Below are positions 1 through 11,100 of a stretch of DNA of 64,000 nt, piece by piece. The notes beneath the pieces were generated by a model. It was not told where the DNA came from and made no database searches. It worked only from the letters and a program-made list of their open reading frames with translations. A program made the translations under genes and the position numbers. The DNA comes from an uncultured Erysipelotrichaceae bacterium. Its GTDB lineage: Bacteria; Bacillota_I; Bacilli_A; Erysipelotrichales; Erysipelotrichaceae. The stretch is taken from assembly GCA_902472945.1 (NCBI GenBank), contig CABRQJ010000001.1, positions 1,102 to 65,101 of the forward strand. The letters are read 5' to 3'. How positions within the stretch are numbered: the stretch's first letter is position 1; each line of letters starts with the position of its first letter.

Positions 1-1734
1 ATGATCAGATGTTCATCAGTACGTGGCACATAGACCGTGAAGTCCGCCGTATCTTCTATATTGTAGTTGCCATAACTTGTCAATCCAAGAAGATATGCCC
101 CTCTTGTGCCGGTTTCTACCATATTGGACCTTGTCTTTTCAAACAGTTCCTTCTGTGTGCATATGCCGATGACAAGTGTTCCATCCTCAATCAGGGAAAT
201 CGTTCCATGTTTCAATTCACCTGCCGCATATGCCTCAGAATGAATATAGGAAATTTCCTTGAGCTTCAGGGAACCTTCCATGGATATTGCATAGTCAAGA
301 CCTCTTCCGATGAAGAAGACATCTTTGGCATTGGAGAACTTAGCCGCAAACCACTGGATGCGGTCCTTGTCCTCAAGAATCCTGGAAATCTTTTCCGGAA
401 GCTGTTCCATCTCTTCCACAAATGTGGAAAGTTCTTCTGTTGTCATCGTCCCGCGGATTCTTGCGAATTCTGCCGCAATGGCATAGATGGCAATGAGCTG
501 TGCACTGTATGCCTTTGTGGTCGCCACCGCAATTTCCGGTCCTGCCATGGTATAGAACACATAATCCGCTTCACGGGCGATGGAAGAACCTACCACATTG
601 ACAATTGCCAGCGTCTTTGCGCCAAGTTCCTTTGCCTCACGCAATGCCGCAAGGGAATCTGCTGTTTCTCCGGACTGGGAAATGACAATCACAAGTGTAT
701 CCTCTGTGGATAACACCGGTTTTCTGTAACGGAACTCCGAAGCCAGTTCTACCCTTACCGGAATAGAAGCCATGTCCTCAATGATATACTGGGCTGCCAT
801 ACCGACATGATATGCACTGCCACATGCCACAATCTCAATATGGTTGATGGATTTCAACAAATCATCATCGATACCCGTACTTTCAAGATTGATCTTTCCA
901 TCTTTGACAAGGGCATTGATCGTATCCTGCACCGCTTTTGGCTGTTCATGGATTTCTTTGATCATGAAGTGCTCAAATCCACCGCGTTCTGCCGCCTCTG
1001 TGTCCCAGGCAACCTCTGTTGGTTCTACGCTCACCTCTTCCCGATCAATGTTGAAAAATGTCACCTCACCTTTGCCAAGCCTTGCTATCTGCATATTCCC
1101 GATGTAATACACAGTTCTTGTAAAGCTGAGCAGTGCTGTCACATCCGAAGCTAATAATGTCGCCCCATCAACTGTACCGATAATCATCGGGGCATCTTTT
1201 CTTACCGCAAAGATCTCATCCGGATATTCTTTAAACATCACCGCAATGGCATAGGAACCACGGATTCTGGTCATCGCCCTTGCTATCGCATCGACCGGTC
1301 CTTCATGATATTTCTTAATGTAATAATCAATGAGCTTTACCGCCACTTCCGTATCTGTTTCAGAATAGAAACGATACCCATGTTTTGAAAGCTTATCCCT
1401 AAGTTCCTGGTAGTTTTCGATAATACCGTTATGAACTGCCACAACATTGCCATCATCACTGCAATGTGGATGGGCATTGTTCTCACTTGGTTCACCATGT
1501 GTTGCCCACCTCGTATGGCCTATACCACAAGTGCCTGCAACCGCTCTTCCTTCATCTGTCTTTTCCGCAAGAACCCTGAGTCTGCCCTTTGCCTTGACGA
1601 TTTCTGCTGGTTTATCACCATTTCTTACCGCAATGCCAGCAGAGTCATACCCTCTGTATTCCAATTTCTCAAGACCTGCAAGCAGAATGGGTGCTGCCTG
1701 TCTGTTTCCGTTATATCCTGTGATACCACACATA
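1..1734 (-). CDS. glmS: Glutamine--fructose-6-phosphate aminotransferase (isomerizing), 3' end truncated by window edge
   Basis: Minus-strand translation starts MCGITGYNGNRQAAPILLAGLEKLEYRGYDSAGIAV. This is the Ntn-amidotransferase N-terminus with Cys2, followed by SIS-domain motifs (SQSGETADSL). RBS AAGGAG lies 7 nt upstream of the ATG at 1732-1734. There is no stop in the window, so the gene is absent from the ORF track. The plus-strand ORFs at 9..713, 807..1154 and 1431..1773 are shadow ORFs. Confidence 0.9.
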
Positions 1735-1770
1735 TCCGTTCTCCTTTACTCTATGCGGTACAGTTTACCA

Positions 1771-1804
1771 TAAAAAGAAAAAAGCCGTCTTGCAATAAGA
1801 CGGC
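1771..1804 (-). terminator. Rho-independent terminator after the rubrerythrin gene
   Basis: Inverted repeat GCCGTCTT-GCAAT-AAGACGGC (1784..1804) is followed on the minus strand by TTTTTTCTTTTT. Confidence 0.7.
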
Positions 1805-1814
1805 ATGCATGCAA

Positions 1815-2390
1815 TTAGTCCTTGAAGTATCTGTCGAGAAGGCCCTTGAATGCCTTGCCATGACGTGCTTCATCTCTAGCCATTTCATGAATGGAATCAT
1901 GAAGAGCATCGAGGTTGAGTTCCTTGCACTTCTTGGCAAGTGCTGTCTTGCCAGCTGTTGCGCCATTTTCAGCCGCAACTCTTGCCTTGAGGTTTTCCTT
2001 TGTGGATGCGGAAACAACTTCGCCGAGCATTTCAGCATAACGGGAAGCGTGATCTGCTTCTTCAAAAGCAGCCTGTCTGTAGTACATACCAATTTCAGCG
2101 AGACCTTCACGCATTGCTGCACGGCTCATAGCAAGGTACATACCAACTTCAGAGCACTCACCCTGGAATTCAGCTCTGAGGCTTTCCTTGATGTCTTCTG
2201 GAACATCGCTGGCAACACCAACCTGGTGTTCACTTGCCCATGTCAGTTCACCTTCTTCTTCAACAGGTTCGAACTTGGACTTTGGCTGTTTGCAGATAGG
2301 GCAAACCCATGTTTCAGGAAGATCAGCGAACTTTACGCCTTCCTTCTCTTCGTCATATACATGACCGCATACTGTACATCTGTACTTCAT
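1815..2390 (-). CDS. Rubredoxin-rubrerythrin fusion (reverse rubrerythrin type: N-terminal rubredoxin CxxC..CxxC, C-terminal ferritin-like di-iron domain)
   Basis: Sequence [25 protein letters not shown] gives the rubredoxin Cys pairs. Downstream E..EEADH and EARH motifs are typical of the rubrerythrin di-iron site. Start chosen at MKY (ATG 2388-2390) with GGAGA RBS. The track ORF carries a 19-aa basic N-terminal extension that is unlikely to be real. Confidence 0.8.
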   Translation of the reverse strand: MKYRCTVCGHVYDEEKEGVKFADLPETWVCPICKQPKSKFEPVEEEGELTWASEHQVGVASDVPEDIKESLRAEFQGECSEVGMYLAMSRAAMREGLAEIGMYYRQAAFEEADHASRYAEMLGEVVSASTKENLKARVAAENGATAGKTALAKKCKELNLDALHDSIHEMARDEARHGKAFKGLLDRYFKD

Positions 2391-2456
2391 AGTTATCAAT
2401 CTCCTTTTCTTTGTCTTTATTGTTCTATGCTTTGCCTTCTTTTGCAAGCACTATGC

Positions 2457-4514
2457 TCAACCGAAATCAAAATCTTCCAGCATCAATACATCTAGTGGCG
2501 CATCCACCTGTTCCATCAATCGTTTCGACTGTCTGAGAATTGCCTCTTCCACAACATTGCGGGCAAGTCTGCCATTGCCTGCCTTCGCCGCATTTGTGCG
2601 CTGCTCTTTATCAAAATAACTGCGCAATGGTTCCATTGCCTCTTCAGCGATCGCATATCCCTTGCCCTTTGCCTGTAACTGTGCAATCAGCAACAGTTCC
2701 TCAGCCGAATAATCCGGGAATTCGATAATGTTGGCAAACCTCGACTTGAGACCGGAATTTGCTTCAAGGAATTCCTTCATCTCCCTGCTGTACCCGGCAA
2801 GGATGACAATCAGATCATCGCGGTTATCTTCCATTGCCTTTACCAGCGTATCAATCGCTTCAAGACCAAAGGAATCATCCTTTCCCCTGTAGAGGGAATA
2901 TGCCTCATCGATGAACAATACTCCACCAAGTGCACTGCGGATGACCGACATCGTCAGTGGTGCCGTCTGACCAACATATCTTGCGACAAGGTCTGCCCTT
3001 GTCACTTCCACAAGCTGCCCCTGGGAAAGGGCACCAATCGCCTTCATGTATCTTGCAAAAAGGCGGGCAATCGTCGTCTTGCCTGTACCGGGATTGCCAG
3101 TAAAGATCATATGGCGGGAAATCTCTGCTGTCTTCATACCCTGTTGTTTGCGGCGCTGTTGGATTGCCACATGCGCCTTGAGGGAATGAATGTAGTTTTT
3201 CACCTCCGCTAGACCAATGATGGTATTGAGCTCTTTATCTACTTCCTCAATTTCCTTTTGGGAGTTCTTAGAACGGATCAGCACTGCTGTACCACCTTCA
3301 TAGCAGGCTGTTGGCACATCATCCTGTACTTTGACACGTATTTCCTTTACATCCTGTTTGAGGACAATCTCACTGAGGCTGATATAGAAATCATGGAAGT
3401 ACGCAAGCACCGCATCTGCCCCGGCTGTCTTATCATAGTGGGAAAGTACCCAGCGATCGATTTCATCTTCAACAGTTAAATTGACAGACAGCCTTTCTGC
3501 ACACTTCTTTTGTAATTCTTCCTTCTTCTCCTTGATGATGAGGGTAATCGCCTTTTCATCAAGGGTATGGAAAACAACCGTATCAAGGATGTGATACATG
3601 AATGTTGCACCAAAGGCATCCTGTACATCCGCTATCTTTCCTTCTGTGATAAAGAAAAGATACTTGCCTTCTGCAGTTAATGAACCAATGCTGTTTTTGA
3701 CAAGTCCTGTCTGGTTTTCCACAAGTACACCACGGTTGAGCACATAGCGTTTGGAAAGCACAATACTACCTTCTGTCACAAGGGAAGAAACCATTCTGAG
3801 AAATGGCGCAAAGCCTTCCTCAAAGTTTTCAAAACAGACAATACCACCTTTTCCCATCAATGCCTGATACAAATCCTGCAGGAAGATCTGTTCCTGGGAA
3901 GAGGACTGGTAGCGGGAAAGATCGATGGTATAGACTTCATCTGAATAGAAGATGTGCTGTTCATATAAAGAACGGGCAACTGCTGAAACAGACGCATGTC
4001 TTCCCGAACCTTCCGGGCCCATCACAAGGATGGCATTTTCTGCCCTGCCCTTCTCTCTGCCCATGACAAAAGGACGGCGCAGTGCACTGCAAAGACCATC
4101 AACACCTTCATCCTGTCCGACAATTTTGGCTCTGACATCATGATTCACCTTGTCGAACACCGCTTTTGAATCTACCGGTTCTTCTTTCTTTTCCTCTTTG
4201 AGATGAATGTCTTCGCCATAATCCTTGCGGATTTCCTTTTCAAGCTGTGCAAGCTCTGGTTCTACACCGATGAGCTTTTCCTTCTTTTCGGCTTCTTCCT
4301 TCATCTTCTCAAGGTCTTTTTTCTGTTTCTCAAGAATCGCATTCAGCTCTTTCATCGCCTCATCTGCCTTCCTGAGCGTCACTGAAGAAGATGGTTCATC
4401 CACACCAGTTGTCAATGTGATTTCTGTACTGGTATCCCTCTTTCTCATGCGGTCTTTGCTCAAAACCTCATTCCAGAGTTTCATCTTTTCTTCTTCTCTG
4501 TCTCTGCGTGCCAT
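2457..4514 (-). CDS. AAA+ ATPase of SpoVK/CbxX family. N-terminal coiled-coil, a degenerate first P-loop (GPEGSGR), and a canonical C-terminal AAA module (GNPGTGKTT, hhhhDEA Walker B)
   Basis: Motifs FTGNPGTGKTTIARLFARYM..VLFIDEAYSL..SRF are diagnostic for SpoVK/CbxX-type AAA. RBS GAGGGG lies 7 nt upstream. A 12-nt gap separates it from the upstream XpaC-like gene, which suggests an operon. Confidence 0.8.
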   Translation of the reverse strand: MARRDREEEKMKLWNEVLSKDRMRKRDTSTEITLTTGVDEPSSSVTLRKADEAMKELNAILEKQKKDLEKMKEEAEKKEKLIGVEPELAQLEKEIRKDYGEDIHLKEEKKEEPVDSKAVFDKVNHDVRAKIVGQDEGVDGLCSALRRPFVMGREKGRAENAILVMGPEGSGRHASVSAVARSLYEQHIFYSDEVYTIDLSRYQSSSQEQIFLQDLYQALMGKGGIVCFENFEEGFAPFLRMVSSLVTEGSIVLSKRYVLNRGVLVENQTGLVKNSIGSLTAEGKYLFFITEGKIADVQDAFGATFMYHILDTVVFHTLDEKAITLIIKEKKEELQKKCAERLSVNLTVEDEIDRWVLSHYDKTAGADAVLAYFHDFYISLSEIVLKQDVKEIRVKVQDDVPTACYEGGTAVLIRSKNSQKEIEEVDKELNTIIGLAEVKNYIHSLKAHVAIQQRRKQQGMKTAEISRHMIFTGNPGTGKTTIARLFARYMKAIGALSQGQLVEVTRADLVARYVGQTAPLTMSVIRSALGGVLFIDEAYSLYRGKDDSFGLEAIDTLVKAMEDNRDDLIVILAGYSREMKEFLEANSGLKSRFANIIEFPDYSAEELLLIAQLQAKGKGYAIAEEAMEPLRSYFDKEQRTNAAKAGNGRLARNVVEEAILRQSKRLMEQVDAPLDVLMLEDFDFG

Positions 4515-4526
4515 AAAAGCCCCTCA

Positions 4527-5495
4527 TTATCCATGTTTATCCATCCGGATATCTCCGGCATAGCCATCTTTCTGCAACACTGCTTCCAGGGTTGACATAT
4601 CGGCAGAAAGGTTGATGAAGTCCTGATCGGTCATAGAGGAAATGATCGTCTTCATCGCATCATTGATAAGACCAATCGTCCTGTTCAATTTCTGCCTTGT
4701 CGGTTCATAGTTTGGATCTGCTGCTACACTTTGCAGGTTGTCAAACTGATGCAGGATGCGCACCAGAATCGGCAGATAGTATTCATACAGTTTTTCGAGT
4801 TTGCTGCGGGAATCCGGGAACTTCTGTTCCAGTGCCTGGATCTGTTTCAGCAGTGCACATGTTTCATAAAGGCCATTGGAAATGACCTCATCGGAAATGT
4901 TGGCATTGAGCTGATCAATTTCCGCAATGAAATCACCCGCATCCCTGATTGTATCTTCTTCCTGCTGTGGTTCTTCCTTCACTTCTTCTTTGACTTCTTC
5001 CTGGTGTTCTGTCACTTCCACATCCACCACTTCTTCATTGTTCACCGGATGCTGGGCACGTTCCATAAGACTCTCAAGAATTGAGTCATAGGAAGTCGGG
5101 TAGCGAGCACCAAATTCATCCAGGGTACAGATGTACTCCCCATCCCTGTATACATCCAGGGAAGAAAGAGAACTGTAGCGTGACCCATGCATTCTGAGAT
5201 CAATCCCATCCGCTAATGGCAATAATCTGTTATTTGCATAAAACCTGCGCAGATAGACATTGATCACCGCCAGTTCACTAGGCGAATATTTCTTCGCTGC
5301 CCTGTTTGTATATGTGCGGTTCGTATTGCGCCTGTATGCAGCAGACCTTGCGGCACTCTTCTTCTCTGAGCGCACTGCAAAATAAATCACCGCTGCGATG
5401 ACAAATACCGGGAGTAGTGCCGTCACGATCGACCCTGCCCCAAATATCAGAAATAGTAATATAATCCACCAGAAACCGTTACTTCCAGACCTCAT
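4527..5495 (-). CDS. XpaC-like (5-bromo-4-chloroindolyl phosphate hydrolysis protein family) membrane protein. Two N-terminal TM helices, acidic linker, C-terminal helical domain
   Basis: N-terminal hydrophobic segments FWWIILLFLIFGAGSIVTALLPVFVIAAVIYFAV. The C-terminal KLYEYYLPILVRILHQFDNL matches the XpaC-type YYLP..L signature. Family call made from memory of the Pfam pattern. Confidence 0.55.
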   Translation of the reverse strand: MRSGSNGFWWIILLFLIFGAGSIVTALLPVFVIAAVIYFAVRSEKKSAARSAAYRRNTNRTYTNRAAKKYSPSELAVINVYLRRFYANNRLLPLADGIDLRMHGSRYSSLSSLDVYRDGEYICTLDEFGARYPTSYDSILESLMERAQHPVNNEEVVDVEVTEHQEEVKEEVKEEPQQEEDTIRDAGDFIAEIDQLNANISDEVISNGLYETCALLKQIQALEQKFPDSRSKLEKLYEYYLPILVRILHQFDNLQSVAADPNYEPTRQKLNRTIGLINDAMKTIISSMTDQDFINLSADMSTLEAVLQKDGYAGDIRMDKHG

Positions 5496-5575
5496 TGTTC
5501 ATCCCTTTCGATTCATGTCAAATTATACCATGAACAACCATCCATGTATCATCCCACTTAGGGTATAATGATGCC

Positions 5576-8143
5576 ATGAAGAAAACAGTATTAATAGAAC
5601 CATACCGCAAAAACCTCTATCTTGCCTCTAAGGCACGTGAAAACCATGGGGCAGTGCGGGGTATTCATACCCTCACCCTGCGCGCATTGTTGCAGGAAGA
5701 AAGCGATGAAGAAGAAGCGTTGCTTCTATCCATCTACCACCTTTTTCAAAATGAAAAACAGAACTATCCGGTCTATGGAAATATGTTCGCCTATCCTTCT
5801 TTTTTCAAGGAAGTACTCACCTTTACAAGAAACTGCATCCGCTATGACATCCCTGCCTCTTCACTTCCTGAACGCGATAACCGCGAAAGGGAATTGAAGA
5901 AGATTGTCGAAGTGCTGATGTCCTGTCCACTCAGGGAAAAGCAAAACAGAGCGAAGCGTGACCTTTGCATCATGCAGGCAAAGGACAGGGAGGATATCAC
6001 AGTCATCCCTTCTTTTGTCGATGATCCTTGTTATGACGCAATTCTTAAAGAATTATCCTTTGAAACAGTCCATTACGATGCCCATCCTGCAAAACACCTC
6101 TACCATGCGGATAATCCGGCCATGGAAATCGAAGCCATCGCGCAGGACATTGTCACAAAAGGAAAACCATGTAATGTCATCCTGATGAGCTCCGCTTCCC
6201 TTCCATTCCTCAAAGAAACCTTTGCCCGCTATAACATTCCATACTCCCTTATCAATGACCATCGTGAACCACTTCTCTTCACCCGTTTCATGAGCCTTGT
6301 CAATGCTGCGATGCACCGCGATGGAAGCAGTCTTTCTACAGCCATTGAAAGCGATGCCTTCCCCATCCCATTTCCATCCGAACTGTTATCCTTCCTCAAG
6401 GAAACACTGGCGGACAAAGAGATGGATGGTACACTTGCGGACAGCCTTGTAAACAATCCGGCTTTTGCTGATCAGGAAAGAGATATCCGGCAGAAAGAAA
6501 ATGGCATGTCCTTCTGGTTTGAAAAGGAATCAGAAGACCTTGCCCTGCTCTATTCTTCCACAAACCCACAGACCATCATCCGCAATGCCTATACCATCAT
6601 CACCCATCATCCATCCCTTGCCATAAAGGAATGCATGGAAGATGGCATGGCACTGCGCAACATTCTCAACACCTGTATTTCCGACATCCAGAATGAAGAT
6701 GACCTGCAATTCCTGCTTGCCTCCCTTTCCTCGTACTCTCCTTCTTCCCTTTCCCTTTCTTCTTCCTTCTGTACGGTCACCGATGTCCGCCATCCTGTCG
6801 ATCCAATGGAAGTGACCTATGTCATCGGCTGTACGGCAAGTGATTACCCTGGATTTAAAGCACTGTCCGGTATATTTGATGAACAATATGTCAAAGAAAT
6901 ACCAGGCTATCCACCCATGCAGGAACGCTATAACCTCTATATGGACAATTTTGCCTGGATCCATACAAGTGCCACTAGGGAAGTGCACTATTCCTATGGG
7001 GAAAATGATCTGCAGGGCAGAGAAGTGCAGATTGCCTATGACCTTGAATCAATGTTTAAAGGCGAAAAGGCAAAACTGCTGCGCCCGGTTGTCCTTTCCC
7101 CTGCCAAGAGTAGAAATCATCATCTCTCCAAAGATACGGCACGTGCCCTATATGTGGAAAATGACACCATCACAGGTTCTATTTCCACCATTGAACGCTG
7201 GTTCAACTGTCCATATTCCTGGTTTGTACAGTCCGGACTCAAGGTGCGCAAGAGCAGTATTCCCGATGCCGATGCGGCAGGCATTGGCACCATCCAGCAT
7301 GCCGTGATGGAACAGGCAGTAAAAAAATATGGAAAAGACTACACGAAGATATCTGAGGAAGAAATCCGGGATATCATCCATGCCTGCTTTATGGTGCTCA
7401 AAAAGCTTCACCCATATAAGGAAACCATGCTTGCATTGAGTGAAGAGCGGATGTTACAAAGCCTGCTCAAAGCCATGGCATTTCTTGACCAGTATGAAAA
7501 GCACACTTCCTTTGTGCCAACGTATGCCGAGAAGAAATTTGTACTTCCCATCACAGAACACATCATCCTCAGGGGAACGATTGACCGCATGGATGTTTTC
7601 AACCAGGCCTTCCGCATCATCGACTACAAATCCTCTCCTCATGCCCTTTCCCCATCCGCCATTGCAAGCGGCACCCAGTTACAGCTTCTCAGCTACCTGA
7701 TCACAGCTGCTGAAGATAGTTCTCTTACCCCATATGGTGCTCATTACTTCTCCCTTAAGGAACCAGACCTTTCCCTGCCTGCCGCAACCCTTGCAGGTCG
7801 GGGCAAAAACAGGGAAGTTGTCCACCACTACTTCACAGAAGAAGAACTTGAGGAAGCCCTCATCAAAGAAAGACAGCTGAAGGGTTCGTGGTATGATGAC
7901 AATCCTGTAACCCTTGATGATAGTGGAAACTTTATTGCCGGTTTGAAGACCGCACATTCCTATCCTCTTGCCAAAGAGGTTATGCATACCCTGTATGAAC
8001 ATTTCTATGATGCGGTGTCAAATGGTGACATATCCCTTGCCCCATTAGAAAATGCGTGTGCATTTTGTGATTACCGCACGGTATGCAGATTTCATGGCAA
8101 TTACCGCAAACGCCCTGAAATCGTTGAAGCGAAAGGAGTCTGA
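5576..8143 (+). CDS. addB: Helicase-nuclease complex subunit B (AddB/RexB type). Compact form without an N-terminal Walker A, with a C-terminal PD-(D/E)xK nuclease and 4-Cys Fe-S staple
   Basis: C-terminal motifs GTIDRMDV..IIDYKSS (nuclease) and Cys cluster WFNCPYSWF...CAFCDYRTVC. Sits immediately upstream of addA with a 2-nt gap. A TATAAT box lies 8 nt upstream of the ATG. Confidence 0.8.
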   Translation: MKKTVLIEPYRKNLYLASKARENHGAVRGIHTLTLRALLQEESDEEEALLLSIYHLFQNEKQNYPVYGNMFAYPSFFKEVLTFTRNCIRYDIPASSLPERDNRERELKKIVEVLMSCPLREKQNRAKRDLCIMQAKDREDITVIPSFVDDPCYDAILKELSFETVHYDAHPAKHLYHADNPAMEIEAIAQDIVTKGKPCNVILMSSASLPFLKETFARYNIPYSLINDHREPLLFTRFMSLVNAAMHRDGSSLSTAIESDAFPIPFPSELLSFLKETLADKEMDGTLADSLVNNPAFADQERDIRQKENGMSFWFEKESEDLALLYSSTNPQTIIRNAYTIITHHPSLAIKECMEDGMALRNILNTCISDIQNEDDLQFLLASLSSYSPSSLSLSSSFCTVTDVRHPVDPMEVTYVIGCTASDYPGFKALSGIFDEQYVKEIPGYPPMQERYNLYMDNFAWIHTSATREVHYSYGENDLQGREVQIAYDLESMFKGEKAKLLRPVVLSPAKSRNHHLSKDTARALYVENDTITGSISTIERWFNCPYSWFVQSGLKVRKSSIPDADAAGIGTIQHAVMEQAVKKYGKDYTKISEEEIRDIIHACFMVLKKLHPYKETMLALSEERMLQSLLKAMAFLDQYEKHTSFVPTYAEKKFVLPITEHIILRGTIDRMDVFNQAFRIIDYKSSPHALSPSAIASGTQLQLLSYLITAAEDSSLTPYGAHYFSLKEPDLSLPAATLAGRGKNREVVHHYFTEEELEEALIKERQLKGSWYDDNPVTLDDSGNFIAGLKTAHSYPLAKEVMHTLYEHFYDAVSNGDISLAPLENACAFCDYRTVCRFHGNYRKRPEIVEAKGV

Positions 8144-8145
8144 CT

Positions 8146-11100
8146 ATGGCTTTAGATAAAGAACAAGAACTTGCCCGCACAATTACCGGCACATCGGTTG
8201 TTGTGTCCGCATCTGCAGGTGCTGGCAAGACGAGTGTACTTGTACAGAGGTTGTTGAAGCGGTGTCTCGAAGATGGGGTGGAACTCGACAGAATTCTCGC
8301 CATGACCTTTACCAAAGCTGCAGCTGAGGAAATGAAGAAGCGCCTTGCGTCTTCTCTATCGGAGCGCTATGCAACTGAAGAAAACAAAGAGAAAAAGCAA
8401 TACATCGAAAGCCAGCTCATCAAGCTGAACAACGCCTCCATCACAACCATTGACTCCTACTGTCTTTCCATCATCCAGAAATATTACAGTGTCATTGGTC
8501 TTGACCCTGCCACAACCGAAAACATTCTCGATGAAGGAAACAGTGCCATATTGAAACATGAAGCCTTTCTCAACACCTTCCAAAAACTGATCAAAACAAA
8601 TCCAGAATCCGCCATGCGCCTTTCTTCCTTTTTCTCTGCCCGTTGTGAGGACTATGAGACATTGGAAGAGACAGTGTTTTCCATCATCACCCATGCCGGA
8701 AGCGGCTATGATCCAGATGCTTTCTATGCCCATGCCCTCTCTTCCTATGGAAACTTTCATGGACTGAAGGACTTCCCGGAAGATATCCGCAATGCTTTCT
8801 TTGACAGCCTGCTTGTCAGAATAGAACGCATGCAGGACACACTGGAAGAAATGGTGAAGATTGCGGATGAAACGGAATCCAAAGCAGATATTGAAAAGAT
8901 TTACGAGAAGAAGATGCAACTGGAGAATTGCCGCAATGCCCTCCTTGCACAAAGCTACCCGGCTTACCAGAATGCCCTTGAAACATGTATTCTCACAGAC
9001 CCACCTGCCGATTCCAAGAATGTGCCCTATTCCACTGTGCGCAAGCAGTACACCGATGGCATGAAGGCATTGTTAAAAGATGCCTATGATGAAAAGATTC
9101 TTGTGGAAGATGTCAGAAAGATGGCACCTGTTGTCAATGACCTCATACAGCTGGCCATTGATACATCAGATTGTTTTTCCACAATGAAGAAAGAACATAC
9201 ATGCATGGACTTTACGGACATGGAGAGGTTTGCTTTAAACATCCTCAATGCCTCAAATGGAGAAATCGCGGATACGATACGCAGCAGTTTTGATGAAATC
9301 ATGGTCGATGAGTTCCAGGACACCAGTGCCCTGCAGAATGCGATCATCGAAAAGATTGCCAAAGCGGATAATGTCTTCCGGGTTGGGGATGTCAAACAAT
9401 CCATCTACCGCTTCCGTGAAGCAGATCCTTCTTTGATGCGCAACCTGATGAAAGACCCTCACCAGCGCTGCATCACCTTACGCCACAATTACCGTTCCAA
9501 ACAGAGTATTGTCGAATTCAACAACCTCCTGTTTGGAAAGCTGCTCAACATCGATGGCTTTGCGGATGCCTATACCGAAGAAGATACGGTATCCATCGGC
9601 AGAGATGCACAGAAGGAAGAACCGGTACCGGTAGAATTTGACCTTGTCAAAGAAGATGAGGAAGGTACAGGTGATAAGGAGAGGAAGGCAAAGTGGATTG
9701 CGGAAAAGATTCTGCTCATGCATGAAGAAGGCAGGGGGTTCAGCGATTTTTGTGTACTTGTGCGCTCTCACAAAAACAAGCTCGTATTGCGCAGTGCATT
9801 TGAAGCCTATGGCATTCCGTATGAAATCGATACTAGAGAGGGTTTCTATAACTCCTCCCTGTGTCTTGAAATACAGGAAATGATCCAGTATATGCTCAAC
9901 CCAAAGGATAACCTCGCCCTTTGTTCTGTATTGACGAGTGGTTTATACCACATGGAAGATGAAGAACTTGCGATGTTGAAGACAGGAAGGGCTACACTTG
10001 TGGCGGGTGTTGCAGAAGAAAGACCTGATATTCCAACTCTATTTGCAGAGTTAAGGAACATTGCCATCAATCGGGGCATTGTGGAAATGTTTCAGGAAAT
10101 TGCAGTTACCAATGATTACTACAACAGGCTCTCCACCCATAACAAAGCAAACTTTGACTTCCTTTTACAAAAGGCAGCTGCCACAAAGTCTTCTACCCTT
10201 TCCGACTTTCTGCGCCTGATGCAGAGTGGCAGTGAAGACCGCTCTTCAGAAGCCTCTTCCCATAAGAAAGATGATGATACGGTACAGGTGGTGACCATTC
10301 ACCAGTCCAAAGGTCTGCAGTACAAGGTGGTGTTCCTCTGGGCGGATAATGAAAACCGGTTTAATGAAAAGATGGACAGGGTTTCGATTCATAACAGATT
10401 GATGCTCGGGGTGCCATACTTTGATGAAACATACCGGTTGTTCCGACCGACGGTGAATCTGATGGCGGTGCGCCATGCAATTGATATGGAAGACCAGCAG
10501 GAGTTTATCCGCCTTCTCTATGTGGCTTTGACAAGAGCGGAAGAGAGGATGTTCATCGTCGATGTACCATCTGATAAACCGATGTCCAAATCGGTAACCC
10601 GGAGTCTTTCTTCCCGCCGCAAAGGCATGTCAGCACTTCTGTTTGCTGGGGGTGTGGGAAATCCCCTCTTCACCATCGAAGAAGTTTCCCTGCAGCATCT
10701 TCCCCCTCTTCCCCCACTTCCTCATACTTTTGTGGATCAATTGCCAAAGTTTGCAATGGATGCACAGCACATTCCACCACTGCACACACCTTCTTCCACA
10801 GAATTTACCACCCTTCCCCCACTGAGTGCCAAAGAGAAGCAGGTGGGAAAACAATATGGTACATATATGCATGAATGCATTGCCCAATTGCCTGACAAGG
10901 TGTGGGAAAAGGAAGATTTCATACCATTCTCCCTTTCTGATCATGACACAGAAAGGCTGATGGCTTTCGCAGAATCTGACATTTACAAGAAGTGTCTTAC
11001 GATGCATATTCACAAAGAAGATCCCTTCTTTGTCATCAGTGAAGATGGACAATATGCGATCACCGGTTCATTCGATATGGTGGCGGAAAATGAGGAAGAA

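Noticed and set aside
9-1773. Plus-strand ORFs 9..713, 807..1154, 844..1107 and 1431..1773/2495 with Cys/His-rich low-complexity translations
   Set aside because: They lie antisense to the clearly identifiable glmS and rubrerythrin genes on the minus strand. Their composition is that of shadow frames and they have no RBS.
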